DNA of 64,000 nucleotides from Escherichia coli (GTDB lineage: Bacteria; Pseudomonadota; Gammaproteobacteria; Enterobacterales; Enterobacteriaceae): the NCBI RefSeq assembly GCF_016026235.1, contig NZ_CP065613.1; one strand, given 5' to 3'. The notes below the pieces were generated by a model, which worked only from the letters and a program-made list of their open reading frames with translations, did no database searches and had not been told where the DNA came from. Both the position numbers and the translations under genes were made by a program. How positions within the stretch are numbered: position 1 is the stretch's first letter; every line of letters begins with the position of its first letter. Below, piece after piece: positions 35,834-47,257 of this stretch.

Positions 35834-36303
35834 TGAATCCACTGAAAGCCGGTGATATCGCACCGAAATTTAGCTTGCCGGATCAAGACAGAGAACAAGT
35901 TAATTTGACCGACTTCCAGGGACAGCGTGTTCTGGTTTATTTCTACCCGAAAGCCATGACCCCCGGCTGTACCGTACAGGCCTGCGGCTTACGCGATAAC
36001 ATGGATGAGTTGAAAAAAGCGGGCGTTGATGTGCTGGGTATCAGCACCGATAAACCCGAAAAACTCTCCCGTTTTGCGGAAAAAGAGCTGCTTAACTTTA
36101 CGCTCCTGTCTGATGAGGACCACCAGGTGTGCGAACAATTCGGCGTCTGGGGTGAAAAGTCCTTCATGGGCAAAACCTACGATGGCATTCATCGCATCAG
36201 CTTCCTGATTGACGCTGATGGCAAAATCGAACATGTCTTTGACGATTTCAAAACCAGCAATCACCACGACGTTGTGCTGAACTGGCTGAAAGAACACGCC
36301 TGA
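35833..36303 (+). CDS. bcp: Thiol peroxidase Bcp (peroxiredoxin)
   Basis: 156-aa ORF with PKAMTPGCT peroxidatic cysteine motif; TAATG overlap with gcvR. Confidence 0.92.
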   Translation: MNPLKAGDIAPKFSLPDQDREQVNLTDFQGQRVLVYFYPKAMTPGCTVQACGLRDNMDELKKAGVDVLGISTDKPEKLSRFAEKELLNFTLLSDEDHQVCEQFGVWGEKSFMGKTYDGIHRISFLIDADGKIEHVFDDFKTSNHHDVVLNWLKEHA

Positions 36304-36498
36304 TTACTTTGCTCCATTCCGTGCTGGCTGCGCTTGCGGCCAGCATACCTCACTTCTCGTGATCAAGATCACATTCTCGCTTTCCCCTGCGACACGGGTG
36401 TCGAATCCATTTTTTGCTGAACGTTAATGACCATCATTTTTGTACCGTTCAGAATCCAGTTAATTCATAACTTATTGAATATATTAAATTAATCAGAC

Positions 36499-36514
36499 TG
36501 GCATCCTTTATGCA
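36499..36514 (+). promoter_or_regulatory. Sigma-54 (-24/-12) promoter for the hyf operon
   Basis: TGGCAT-N7-TGCA with correct GG/GC spacing, about 40 bp upstream of the hyfA ATG; hyf encodes its own sigma-54 activator HyfR. Confidence 0.65.
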
Positions 36515-36555
36515 ATATGAAATGCAATGTTTCATATCATTTTCAAGGAGCCGAC

Positions 36556-37173
36556 ATGAACCGCTTTGTGGTGGCCGAACCACTGTGGTGTACAGGATGT
36601 AATACCTGTCTCGCTGTCTGTTCGGACGTGCATAAAACGCAAGGTTTACAGCAACACCCGCGCCTGGCCCTGGCGAAGACGTCAACACTCACTGCCCCTG
36701 TCGTGTGTCATCACTGTGAGGAAGCCCCTTGCCTGCAGGTCTGCCCGGTCAATGCCATCTCCCAGAGGGATGATGCGATCCAACTCAACGAAAGCCTCTG
36801 TATTGGCTGCAAGCTTTGCGCCGTGGTCTGCCCATTTGGCGCAATCAGCGCTTCAGGAAGCCGTCCGGTGAATGCCCCTGCGCAATATGTTTTTCAGGCT
36901 GAAGGCTCACTCAAAGACGGCGAAGAAAACGCGCCAACACAACATGCTTTGCTGCGCTGGGAACCGGGTGTCCAGACCGTCGCGGTGAAATGCGACCTGT
37001 GTGATTTCTTGCCAGAAGGTCCGGCCTGCGTTCGCGCTTGCCCGAATCAGGCGTTACGGCTGATCACCGACGATAGCCTGCAACGTCAGATGAAAGAAAA
37101 ACAGCGCCTTGCCGCAAGCTGGTTTGCCAATGGCGGGGAGGATCCCCTTTCCCTCACTCAGGAGCAACACTAA
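36556..37173 (+). CDS. hyfA: Hydrogenase-4 component A, 4Fe-4S ferredoxin-type
   Basis: 205-aa ORF with multiple CxxCxxCxxxCP motifs. Confidence 0.9.
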   Translation: MNRFVVAEPLWCTGCNTCLAVCSDVHKTQGLQQHPRLALAKTSTLTAPVVCHHCEEAPCLQVCPVNAISQRDDAIQLNESLCIGCKLCAVVCPFGAISASGSRPVNAPAQYVFQAEGSLKDGEENAPTQHALLRWEPGVQTVAVKCDLCDFLPEGPACVRACPNQALRLITDDSLQRQMKEKQRLAASWFANGGEDPLSLTQEQH

Positions 37174-39195
37174 TGGATGCCCTGCAATTATTAACCTGGT
37201 CGCTGATCCTCTATCTGTTTGCCAATCTGGCTTCGCTGTTTTTACTCGGTCTGGACAGACTGGCTATTAAGCTTTCCGGCATCACATCGCTGGTGGGCGG
37301 CGTGATTGGCATCATCAGCGGAATTACGCAATTACATGCTGGTGTAACTTTAGTCGCCCATTTTGCCACCCCTTTTGACTTTGCCGATTTAACCCTGCGA
37401 ATGGATAGCCTCTCGGCATTTATGGTGCTGGTTATCTCCTTGCTGGTGGTGGTTTGTTCGCTCTATTCATTGACTTATATGCGCGAATACGAGGGCAAAG
37501 GCGCGGCGGCGATGGGCTTCTTTATGAATCTTTTCATCGCATCGATGGTTGCCCTGCTGGTGATGGACAACGCTTTTTGGTTCATCGTGCTGTTTGAAAT
37601 GATGTCGCTGTCTTCCTGGTTTCTGGTCATTGCCAGGCAGGATAAAACGTCGATCAACGCTGGCATGCTCTACTTTTTTATCGCCCACGCCGGATCGGTG
37701 CTGATTATGATCGCCTTCTTGCTGATGGGGCGCGAAAGCGGCAGCCTCGATTTTGCCAGTTTCGCACGCTTTCACTTTCTCCGGGGCTGGCGTCGGCGGT
37801 GTTTCTGCTGGCCTTTTTCGGTTTTGGCGCGAAAGCCGGGATGATGCCGTTGCACAGCTGGTTGCCGCGCGCTCACCCTGCCGCACCATCGCACGCTTCG
37901 GCGTTGATGTCTGGCGTAATGGTCAAAATCGGTATTTTCGGCATCCTGAAAGTAGCGATGGATCTGCTGGCGCAAACGGGTTTGCCTCTGTGGTGGGGCA
38001 TTCTGGTGATGGCGATCGGCGCAATCTCCGCGCTCCTGGGCGTGCTATATGCGCTGGCGGAACAGGATATCAAACGGCTGCTGGCCTGGAGTACCGTCGA
38101 AAACGTCGGCATTATTTTGCTGGCAGTCGGTGTGGCGATGGACGGTCTGTCACTGCACGACCCGCTGCTCACCGTGGTTGGACTGCTCGGCGCACTGTTT
38201 CATCTGCTCAACCATGCGCTGTTCAAAGGGCTGCTATTTCTCGGCGCGGGCGCGATTATTTCGCGTTTGCATACCCACGACATGGAAAAAATGGGGGCAC
38301 TGGCGAAACGGATGCCGTGGACAGCCGCAGCATGCCTGATTGGTTGCCTCGCGATATCAGCCATTCCTCCGCTGAATGGTTTTATCAGCGAATGGTACAC
38401 CTGGCAGTCGCTGTTCTCACTAAGTCGTGTGGAAGCCGTAGCGCTACAACTTGCGGGTCCTATTGCTATGGTAATGCTGGCAGTCACTGGTGGGCTGGCA
38501 GTAATGTGCTTCGTAAAAATGTACGGTATTACTTTCTGTGGTGTGGTGCGCCGCGCAGTACACACGCTGAAGAGGCACAGGAAGTGCCAAATACGATGAT
38601 CGTCGCCATGCTACTGCTCGCGGCACTCTGCGTATTAATTGCGCTTAGTGCCAGTTGGCTGGCACCGAAGATAATGCATATTGCCCATGCGTTTACCAAT
38701 ACCCCTCCCGTCACTGTCGCCAGCGGAATAGCACTTGTACCCGGCACGTTTCATACACGGGTCACTCCTTCATTACTGTTGCTGTTACTACTGGCGATGC
38801 CTTTGCTGCCTGGCCTTTACTGGCTGTGGTGTCGTTCGCGCCGCGCAGCGTTTCGTCGCACAGGAGATGCCTGGGCATGCGGCTACGGCTGGGAAAATGC
38901 GATGGCCCCGTCAGGCAATGGCGTGATGCAGCCGCTGCGTGTGGTCTTTTCTGCGCTATTTCGTCTACGACAACAGCTCGACCCTACGCTGAGGCTAAAT
39001 AAAGGTCTTGCGCACGTCACCGCCAGGGCTCAGAGCACAGAACCCTTCTGGGATGAGCGGGTGATCCGCCCCATCGTGAGCGCCACCCAACGGCTGGCCA
39101 AAGAAATACAGCATCTGCAAAGCGGCGACTTTCGTCTCTATTGCCTGTATGTGGTCGCCGCACTGGTTGTGCTGCTAATCGCTATTGCCGTCTAA
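37173..39195 (+). pseudogene. hyfB: Hydrogenase-4 membrane subunit HyfB, disrupted by two frameshifts
   Basis: Three consecutive ORF segments in frames 0, 2 and 1 (37173..37844, about 37760..38547, about 38548..39195); total 2023 nt, which equals a 673-codon gene minus 1 plus 5. Confidence 0.8.
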
Positions 39196-39205
39196 GGAAA
39201 TCACC

Positions 39206-40153
39206 ATGAGACAAACTCTTTGCGACGGATATCTGGTCATTTTTGCGTTAGCACAGGCCGTGATTCTGCTGATGCTAACCCCACTTTTTACGGGTATTTC
39301 CCGGCAGATACGCGCGCGTATGCACTCCCGCCGCGGGCCGGGGATCTGGCAGGATTATCGCGATATCCACAAACTGTTTAAACGCCAGGAAGATGCGCCG
39401 ACATCTTCAGGTCTGATGTTCCGCCTGATGCCGTGGGTATTAATCAGCAGCATGCTGGTGCTGGCGATGGCCCTACCACTATTTATTACCGTTTCCCCTT
39501 TTGCGGGCGGCGGCGATCTGATCACCCTTATCTATCTTCTTGCCCTGTTTCGTTTTTTCTTTGCTCTTTCAGGGCTGGATACCGGAAGCCCGTTTGCGGG
39601 AGTCGGTGCCAGTCGCGAGTTGACGCTCGGCATTCTGGTCGAACCCATGCTCATTCTCTCACTGCTGGTATTGGCGCTGATAGCAGGTTCCACGCATATC
39701 GAGATGATCAGCAATACGCTGGCAACGGGCTGGAACTCGCCGCTAACCACCGTACTGGCGTTACTGGCCTGTGGTTTTGCCTGCTTCATTGAGATGGGAA
39801 AAATTCCCTTTGATGTTGCTGAAGCAGAACAGGAATTACAGGAAGGCCCGCTGACAGAATATTCCGGTGCCGGGCTGGCGCTGGCGAAATGGGGGCTGGG
39901 GCTGAAACAGGTCGTGATGGCAGCACTGTTTGTGGCCCTGTTTCTGCCCTTTGGGCGCGCGCAAGAACTTTCTCTCGCCTGCCTGCTGACTTCACTTGTC
40001 GTTACGCTGCTCAAGGTTTTGCTGATTTTTGTACTGGCCTCAATCGCAGAAAACACGCTGGCACGCGGGCGTTTTTTACTCATTCACCATGTGACCTGGC
40101 TTGGCTTCAGCCTTGCTGCGCTTGCATGGGTCTTCTGGTTAACCGGTCTGTAA
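39206..40153 (+). CDS. hyfC: Hydrogenase-4 membrane subunit HyfC (NuoH-like)
   Basis: ORF track 39185..40153; start at MRQTLCDGYLVIF gives 315 aa. Confidence 0.88.
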   Translation: MRQTLCDGYLVIFALAQAVILLMLTPLFTGISRQIRARMHSRRGPGIWQDYRDIHKLFKRQEDAPTSSGLMFRLMPWVLISSMLVLAMALPLFITVSPFAGGGDLITLIYLLALFRFFFALSGLDTGSPFAGVGASRELTLGILVEPMLILSLLVLALIAGSTHIEMISNTLATGWNSPLTTVLALLACGFACFIEMGKIPFDVAEAEQELQEGPLTEYSGAGLALAKWGLGLKQVVMAALFVALFLPFGRAQELSLACLLTSLVVTLLKVLLIFVLASIAENTLARGRFLLIHHVTWLGFSLAALAWVFWLTGL

Positions 40154-40169
40154 GGAGCACTGACGGAAT

Positions 40170-41608
40170 ATGGAAAATCTTGCTCTGACGACGTTATTGC
40201 TGCCTTTTATCGGCGCACTGGTCGTTTCGTTTTCGCCACAACGTCGGGCCGCCGAATGGGGGGTTTTGTTCGCCGCGCTGACCACGCTGTGCATGTTGTC
40301 GCTGATCTCCGCGTTTTATCAGGCCGATAAAGTTGCCGTCACGTTGACGTTGGTCAACGTGGGGGATGTGGCATTGTTTGGCCTGGTCATTGATCGCGTG
40401 AGTACGCTGATTCTGTTTGTGGTGGTGTTTCTCGGTTTGCTGGTCACGATCTACTCCACGGGTTATCTGACGGATAAAAATCGCGAACACCCGCATAACG
40501 GCACGAATCGTTATTACGCATTTTTGCTGGTGTTTATCGGCGCGATGGCGGGACTGGTACTCTCCTCGACGCTGCTCGGTCAGTTGTTGTTTTTTGAAAT
40601 TAGGGCGGCTGCTCCTGGGCGTTGATCAGTTATTACCAGAGCGATAAAGCGCAGCGTTCAGCACTAAAAGCGTTGCTTATCACCCATATCGGTTCGTTGG
40701 GGTTGTATCTTGCCGCCGCCACGCTGTTTTTGCAGACCGGAACGTTTGCGCTTAGCGCAATGAGCGAGTTACACGGCGACGCACGTTATCTGGTTTATGG
40801 CGGGATCCTGTTTGCCGCGTGGGGGAAATCGGCCCAGCTACCGATGCAAGCGTGGCTACCGGATGCAATGGAAGCGCCAACACCGATCAGCGCCTATCTC
40901 CACGCCGCATCGATGGTGAAAGTGGGCGTTTACATTTTTGCCCGCGCAATTATCGACGGCGGCAATATCCCGCATGTGATTGGCGGCGTTGGCATGGTCA
41001 TGGCACTGGTCACCATTCTTTATGGCTTTCTGATGTATTTGCCACAGCAGGATATGAAGCGGTTGCTGGCCTGGTCGACCATCACTCAACTTGGCTGGAT
41101 GTTCTTCGGCTTGTCGCTCTCCATCTTCGGCTCGCGGCTGGCGCTGGAGGGTAGCATCGCCTACATCGTCAACCACGCGTTCGCTAAAAGCCTGTTTTTC
41201 CTTGTAGCAGGTGCGCTGAGTTACAGCTGCGGCACGCGCTTGTTGCCGCGTCTGCGTGGCGTATTGCACACCCTGCCGTTGCCAGGCGTGGGTTTCTGCG
41301 TGGCAGCGCTGGCGATTACCGGCGTGCCGCCGTTCAACGGCTTCTTCAGTAAATTCCCGCTGTTTGCTGCCGGTTTTGCGTTGTCAGTGGAGTACTGGAT
41401 CCTGCTGCCCGCCATGATTCTGCTGATGATTGAATCGGTCGCCAGTTTCGCCTGGTTTATTCGCTGGTTTGGTCGCGTTGTGCCTGGCAAACCGAGCGAG
41501 GCCGTCGCCGATGCCGCACCGCTGCCAGGGTCAATGCGCCTGGTGTTGATTGTACTGATTGTGATGTCGCTGATTTCCAGCGTAATCGCCGCGACCTGGT
41601 TGCAGTAA
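40170..41608 (+). pseudogene. hyfD: Hydrogenase-4 membrane subunit HyfD, disrupted by one frameshift
   Basis: Two ORF segments (40170..40625 and 40622..41608) in different frames; total 1439 nt, which equals a 480-codon gene minus 1. Confidence 0.8.
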
Positions 41609-41619
41609 GGAGATGATGA

Positions 41620-42270
41620 ATGACCGGTTCTATGATCGTAAATAATCTGGCGGGACTGATGATGCTGACATCGCTGTTTGTGATTAGCGTCAAAAGCTAT
41701 CGCCTGTCATGCGGATTTTACGCCTGCCAGTCGCTGGTGCTGGTGTCTATTTTCGCCACTCTCTCGTGCCTGTTCGCCGCAGAGCAACTGCTGATCTGGT
41801 CCGCCAGCGCCTTTATCACCAAAGTGCTGCTGGTACCGTTAATCATGACTTACGCTGCACGAAATATTCCCCAGAACATCCCGGAAAAAGCGTTATTCGG
41901 TCCGGCAATGATGGCACTGCTCGCGGCGTTAATTGTCCTGCTTTGCGCATTTGTCGTTCAGCCCGTGAAGCTACCGATGGCTACCGGGCTGAAACCGGCG
42001 CTGGCGGTAGCGTTAGGTCATTTTCTGCTTGGCCTGCTGTGCATTGTCAGCCAGCGCAATATCCTGCGGCAAATTTTTGGTTACTGCCTGATGGAAAACG
42101 GCTCCCATCTGGTGCTGGCGCTTCTTGCCTGGCGAGCACCGGAACTGGTGGAAATAGGTATCGCTACCGACGCCATCTTCGCCGTCATTGTGATGGTGTT
42201 ACTGGCAAGAAAAATATGGCGTACCCACGGCACGCTGGACGTGAACAACTTGACCGCGCTGAAGGGATAA
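41620..42270 (+). CDS. hyfE: Hydrogenase-4 membrane subunit HyfE
   Basis: 216-aa hydrophobic ORF; operon position. Confidence 0.88.
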   Translation: MTGSMIVNNLAGLMMLTSLFVISVKSYRLSCGFYACQSLVLVSIFATLSCLFAAEQLLIWSASAFITKVLLVPLIMTYAARNIPQNIPEKALFGPAMMALLAALIVLLCAFVVQPVKLPMATGLKPALAVALGHFLLGLLCIVSQRNILRQIFGYCLMENGSHLVLALLAWRAPELVEIGIATDAIFAVIVMVLLARKIWRTHGTLDVNNLTALKG

Positions 42271-42274
42271 TGAG

Positions 42275-43855
42275 ATGAGTTATTCTGTGATGTTCGCTTT
42301 ACTCCTGCTCACGCCGCTGCTTTTTTCGCTGCTCTGTTTTGCCTGCCGGAAACGGGGGCTCTCTGCGACTTGTACGGTGACTGTATTACATAGCTTAGGG
42401 ATCACACTGCTGCTGATTCTAGCACTCTGGGTGGTCCAAACTGCCGCTGATGCAGGAGAAATATTCGCTGCGGGACTGTGGCTTCATATTGATGGTCTGG
42501 GCGGTTTGTTCCTCGCCATTCTTGGTGTGATTGGCTTTCTCACCGGTGTTTACTCGATTGGCTACATGCGTCATGAAGTGGCACACGGCGAGCTTTCACC
42601 CGTTACGCTGTGCGATTACTACGGTTTCTTCCATCTGTTTTTGTTCACCATGCTGCTGGTTGTTACCAGCAATAACCTGATTGTGATGTGGGCGGCGATC
42701 GAAGCCACCACCTTAAGCTCGGCGTTTCTGGTAGGCATTTACGGTCAGCGTTCATCGCTGGAAGCTGCATGGAAGTACATCATTATTTGTACTGTTGGTG
42801 TCGCTTTTGGTCTGTTCGGTACCGTGCTGGTATACGCCAACGCCGCCAGCGTTATGCCGCAGGCAGAAATGGCGATATTCTGGAGCGAGGTTCTTAAGCA
42901 ATCGTCCTTGCTTGACCCAACATTAATGCTGTTGGCCTTTGTGTTTTTGCTAATTGGCTTTGGTACCAAAACCGGGCTATTTCCCATGCACGCCTGGCTG
43001 CCGGATGCTCACAGTGAAGCGCCGAGTCCGGTCAGCGCCCTGCTCTCCGCCGTATTGCTGAACTGCGCGCTGTTGGTGCTGATTCGCTATTACATCATTA
43101 TTTGCCAGGCCATCGGCAGCGATTTCCCCAACCGGTTGTTGCTCATCTTCGGCATGTTGTCGGTTGCCGTGGCGGCATTTTTCATTCTGGTACAGCGGGA
43201 CATTAAGCGTCTGCTGGCGTACTCCAGCGTGGAGAACATGGGGCTGGTCGCGGTGGCGCTAGGCATTGGCGGGCCGCTGGGAATTTTTGCCGCGCTGCTG
43301 CACATCTTAAACCACAGTCTGGCAAAAACGCTGCTGTTCTGCGGTTCCGGCAATGTACTGCTCAAGTACGGCACGCGCGATCTCAACGTCGTCTGTGGGA
43401 TGCTCAAAATCATGCCATTTACCGCCGTGCTGTTTGGCGGCGGTGCGCTGGCGCTGGCAGGGATGCCGCCCTTCAACATTTTTCTTAGCGAATTTATGAC
43501 CATTACCGCCGGACTGGCACGTAATCACCTGCTGATTATCGTCCTGCTGTTATTGCTGTTAACGCTGGTGCTGGCGGGCCTGGTACGGATGGCAGCGCGG
43601 GTGTTAATGGCGAAACCGCCGCAGGCCGTTAACCGGGGTGATCTCGGCTGGTTGACCACCTCGCCAATGGTGATTCTGCTGGTCATGATGCTGGCGATGG
43701 GAACGCATATTCCACAACCTGTCATCAGGATCCTGGCGGGCGCTTCCACTATAGTCCTCTCAGGGACGCACGACCTGCCTGCACAACGTAGCACCTGGCA
43801 TGATTTTTTGCCTTCAGGCACCGCATCTGTTTCGGAGAAACACAGTGAACGTTAA
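42275..43855 (+). CDS. hyfF: Hydrogenase-4 membrane subunit HyfF (NuoL/M/N-like antiporter module)
   Basis: 526-aa polytopic ORF. Confidence 0.88.
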   Translation: MSYSVMFALLLLTPLLFSLLCFACRKRGLSATCTVTVLHSLGITLLLILALWVVQTAADAGEIFAAGLWLHIDGLGGLFLAILGVIGFLTGVYSIGYMRHEVAHGELSPVTLCDYYGFFHLFLFTMLLVVTSNNLIVMWAAIEATTLSSAFLVGIYGQRSSLEAAWKYIIICTVGVAFGLFGTVLVYANAASVMPQAEMAIFWSEVLKQSSLLDPTLMLLAFVFLLIGFGTKTGLFPMHAWLPDAHSEAPSPVSALLSAVLLNCALLVLIRYYIIICQAIGSDFPNRLLLIFGMLSVAVAAFFILVQRDIKRLLAYSSVENMGLVAVALGIGGPLGIFAALLHILNHSLAKTLLFCGSGNVLLKYGTRDLNVVCGMLKIMPFTAVLFGGGALALAGMPPFNIFLSEFMTITAGLARNHLLIIVLLLLLLTLVLAGLVRMAARVLMAKPPQAVNRGDLGWLTTSPMVILLVMMLAMGTHIPQPVIRILAGASTIVLSGTHDLPAQRSTWHDFLPSGTASVSEKHSER

Positions 43856-45512
43856 TTCATCGTCAAATCGTGGCGAAGCGATTCTCGCCGCCCTGAAAAC
43901 GCAGTTCCCCGGCGCGGTGCTGGATGAAGAGCGACAAACGCCTGAACAGGTCACCATTACGGTGAAAATCAATCTGCTGCCTGACGTTGTACATTATCTT
44001 TATTATCAACATGATGGCTGGCTTCCAGTCCTGTTTGGCAACGACGAGCGGACACTTAACGGTCATTACGCGGTTTATTATGCCCTTTCAATGGAAGGGG
44101 CCGAAAAATGCTGGATCGTGGTGAAGGCACTGGTCGATGCCGACAGTCGGGAGTTTCCGTCAGTCACACCGCGCGTCCCTGCCGCGGTCTGGGGCGAGCG
44201 AGAAATTCGCGATATGTACGGGCTGATTCCGGTTGGCCTGCCGGATCAGCGTCGCCTGGTGTTGCCCGATGACTGGCCGGAAGATATGCATCCGCTGCGC
44301 AAAGATGCGATGGATTATCGACTGCGCCCTGAACCGACGACAGATTCCGAAACGTATGCGTTTATCAATGAGGGCAACAGCGATGCGCGGGTGATCCCTG
44401 TCGGCCCGCTGCATATCACCTCCGATGAACCGGGTCACTTCCGCTTGTTTGTGGATGGCGAGCAAATTGTCGATGCTGATTACCGCCTGTTATATGTCCA
44501 TCGCGGCATGGAGAAACTGGCAGAAACGCGGATGGGCTACAACGAAGTGACCTTCTTATCGGACCGCGTGTGTGGGATTTGCGGTTTTGCCCACAGTGTG
44601 GCCTATACCAACTCGGTTGAAAATGCACTGGGGATTGAGGTGCCGCAACGAGCACATACTATTCGCTCGATTCTGCTGGAAGTCGAACGGCTACACAGTC
44701 ATTTGCTTAACCTTGGCCTCTCCTGCCATTTCGTTGGTTTTGATACCGGCTTTATGCAATTTTTCCGCGTGCGGGAAAAGTCGATGACGATGGCGGAATT
44801 GCTGATCGGGTCGCGTAAAACCTACGGTCTGAATCTGATTGGTGGTGTTCGCCGCGATATTCTCAAAGAGCAACGTCTGCAAACGCTGAAACTGGTGCGC
44901 GAGATGCGCGCCGACGTGTCGGAGCTGGTAGAGATGCTGCTTGCTACGCCGAATATGGAACAACGCACTCAGGGCATTGGCATTCTCGACCGACAAATCG
45001 CCCGTGATTTGCGCTTTGATCACCCCTACGCCGACTACGGCAATATTCCAAAAACACTGTTTACCTTTACCGGCGGCGATGTTTTCTCCCGCGTGATGGT
45101 CCGTGTCAAAGAGACGTTTGATTCGCTGGCAATGCTGGAATTTGCCCTCGACAACATGCCGGATACCCCACTGCTGACCGAAGGCTTTAGCTATAAACCT
45201 CACGCATTCGCGCTGGGCTTTGTTGAAGCGCCACGCGGTGAAGACGTGCACTGGAGCATGCTCGGTGATAACCAAAAATTGTTCCGCTGGCGCTGCCGTG
45301 CCGCCACCTACGCCAACTGGCCGGTGTTGCGTTACATGCTGCGCGGCAATACCGTTTCTGACGCACCGCTGATTATCGGTAGCCTTGATCCCTGCTACTC
45401 CTGTACCGACCGTGTGACGCTGGTAGATGTGCGCAAGCGCCAGTCAAAAACCGTGCCGTATAAAGAGATCGAACGCTACGGCATTGATCGTAACCGTTCA
45501 CCGCTGAAGTAA
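43845..45512 (+). CDS. hyfG: Hydrogenase-4 large [NiFe] catalytic subunit HyfG
   Basis: ORF track 43800..45512; probable GTG start at 43845 gives 555 aa; [11 protein letters not shown]-terminal and [10 protein letters not shown]-terminal Ni-binding motifs. Confidence 0.88.
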   Translation: MNVNSSSNRGEAILAALKTQFPGAVLDEERQTPEQVTITVKINLLPDVVHYLYYQHDGWLPVLFGNDERTLNGHYAVYYALSMEGAEKCWIVVKALVDADSREFPSVTPRVPAAVWGEREIRDMYGLIPVGLPDQRRLVLPDDWPEDMHPLRKDAMDYRLRPEPTTDSETYAFINEGNSDARVIPVGPLHITSDEPGHFRLFVDGEQIVDADYRLLYVHRGMEKLAETRMGYNEVTFLSDRVCGICGFAHSVAYTNSVENALGIEVPQRAHTIRSILLEVERLHSHLLNLGLSCHFVGFDTGFMQFFRVREKSMTMAELLIGSRKTYGLNLIGGVRRDILKEQRLQTLKLVREMRADVSELVEMLLATPNMEQRTQGIGILDRQIARDLRFDHPYADYGNIPKTLFTFTGGDVFSRVMVRVKETFDSLAMLEFALDNMPDTPLLTEGFSYKPHAFALGFVEAPRGEDVHWSMLGDNQKLFRWRCRAATYANWPVLRYMLRGNTVSDAPLIIGSLDPCYSCTDRVTLVDVRKRQSKTVPYKEIERYGIDRNRSPLK

Positions 45513-45521
45513 GGACAGAAG

Positions 45522-46067
45522 ATGCTGAAGTTACTGAAAACTATTATGCGCGCCGGAACCGCGACGGTGAAATATCCCTTCGCGCCACTGGAGGTCAGCC
45601 CAGGCTTTCGCGGGAAACCGGACCTGATGCCCAGCCAATGTATTGCCTGCGGTGCCTGCGCCTGTGCTTGTCCGGCAAATGCGCTGACTATCCAGACCGA
45701 CGACCAGCAAAATTCGCGCACCTGGCAGCTCTATCTGGGGCGTTGTATTTACTGCGGACGTTGTGAAGAAGTGTGTCCGACCAGAGCCATCCAGCTTACC
45801 AATAACTTTGAACTGACCGTCACCAATAAAGCCGATCTCTATACCCGCGCGACGTTCCATCTACAACGTTGCAGCCGTTGCGAACGCCCGTTTGCCCCGC
45901 AAAAAACCGTCGCACTGGCTGCTGAATTGTTGGCACAGCAACAAAATGCGCCACAAAACCGCGAAATGTTATGGGCGCAAGCGAGCGTCTGCCCGGAGTG
46001 CAAACAACGCGCGACGCTGCTCAACGACGATACAGATGTACCGCTGGTGGCTAAGGAGCAGCTATGA
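45522..46067 (+). CDS. hyfH: Hydrogenase-4 Fe-S subunit HyfH
   Basis: 181-aa ORF with [12 protein letters not shown] and [12 protein letters not shown] motifs. Confidence 0.9.
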   Translation: MLKLLKTIMRAGTATVKYPFAPLEVSPGFRGKPDLMPSQCIACGACACACPANALTIQTDDQQNSRTWQLYLGRCIYCGRCEEVCPTRAIQLTNNFELTVTNKADLYTRATFHLQRCSRCERPFAPQKTVALAAELLAQQQNAPQNREMLWAQASVCPECKQRATLLNDDTDVPLVAKEQL

Positions 46068-46822
46068 GTCCAGTGCTTACACAACATGTCAGCCAGCCCA
46101 TCACGCTGGACGAGCAAACGCAAAAGATGAAGCAGCATTTGCTACAGGATATCCGTCGCTCGGCTTACGTTTATCGCGTCGATTGCGGCGGCTGCAACGC
46201 CTGTGAAATCGAAATTTTTGCTGCCATCACCCCCGTATTCGACGCAGAACGTTTTGGCATTAAGGTTGTTTCATCACCGCGTCACGCCGATATTTTGTTA
46301 TTTACTGGCGCAGTCACTCGGGCGATGCGTATGCCTGCACTTCGGGCGTATGAGTCTGCCCCCGATCATAAAATCTGTGTTTCCTACGGCGCGTGCGGTG
46401 TCGGCGGCGGTATTTTCCACGATCTCTACAGCGTCTGGGGCGGCAGCGACACCATTGTCCCCATTGATGTTTGGATCCCCGGCTGCCCGCCAACACCGGC
46501 CGCCACCATTCACGGTTTCGCCGTGGCGCTCGGTTTGCTGCAACAGAAGATTCACGCTGTGGATTATCGCGATCCCACCGGGGTGACTATGCAACCGTTG
46601 TGGCCGCAGATCCCGCCATCACAGCGTATCGCCATTGAGCGAGAAGCGCGGCGGCTGGCGGGCTATCGTCAGGGGCGAGAAATTTGCGATCGGCTCCTGC
46701 GCCATTTAAGCGACGATCCTACAGGAAATCGGGTTAACACCTGGTTGCGCGATGCCGACGATCCACGTCTCAATAGTATCGTTCAGCAACTCTTTCGCGT
46801 ACTCCGGGGGTTACATGACTGA
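46064..46822 (+). CDS. hyfI: Hydrogenase-4 small subunit HyfI (NuoB-like)
   Basis: 252-aa ORF with [16 protein letters not shown] and GCPP motifs. Confidence 0.9.
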   Translation: MSPVLTQHVSQPITLDEQTQKMKQHLLQDIRRSAYVYRVDCGGCNACEIEIFAAITPVFDAERFGIKVVSSPRHADILLFTGAVTRAMRMPALRAYESAPDHKICVSYGACGVGGGIFHDLYSVWGGSDTIVPIDVWIPGCPPTPAATIHGFAVALGLLQQKIHAVDYRDPTGVTMQPLWPQIPPSQRIAIEREARRLAGYRQGREICDRLLRHLSDDPTGNRVNTWLRDADDPRLNSIVQQLFRVLRGLHD

Positions 46823-47228
46823 AGAGTGCGGGGAAATTGTTTTCTGGACGCTGCGAAAAAAGTTTGTCGCCAGTAGCGACGAGATGCCGGAACACAGCTC
46901 TCAGGTAATGTATTACTCGCTGGCTATCGGCCATCACGTTGGCGTGATTGATTGTCTGAATGTCGCCTTCCGCTGCCCACTGACGGAATACAAAGATTGG
47001 CTTGCACTGGTCGAAGAGGAGCAAGCCCGACGTAAGATGCTGGGGGTGATGACTTTTGGTGAGATTGTTATTGACGCCAGCCACACCGCCCTGTTGACCC
47101 GGGCATTCGCGCCACTGGCAGATGACGCGACGTCTGTGTGGCAAGCGCGTAGCATTCAATTCATTCATCTGTTGGATGAAATTGTGCTGGAACCGGCTAT
47201 CTATCTGATGGCCAGAAAAATTGCGTGA
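46815..47228 (+). CDS. hyfJ: HyfJ (HycH-like hydrogenase maturation/processing protein)
   Basis: ORF track 46752..47228; start at [11 protein letters not shown] gives 137 aa. Confidence 0.8.
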   Translation: MTEECGEIVFWTLRKKFVASSDEMPEHSSQVMYYSLAIGHHVGVIDCLNVAFRCPLTEYKDWLALVEEEQARRKMLGVMTFGEIVIDASHTALLTRAFAPLADDATSVWQARSIQFIHLLDEIVLEPAIYLMARKIA

Positions 47229-47257
47229 GAAGGATTTCTCATTAATAAGGACTGTTG

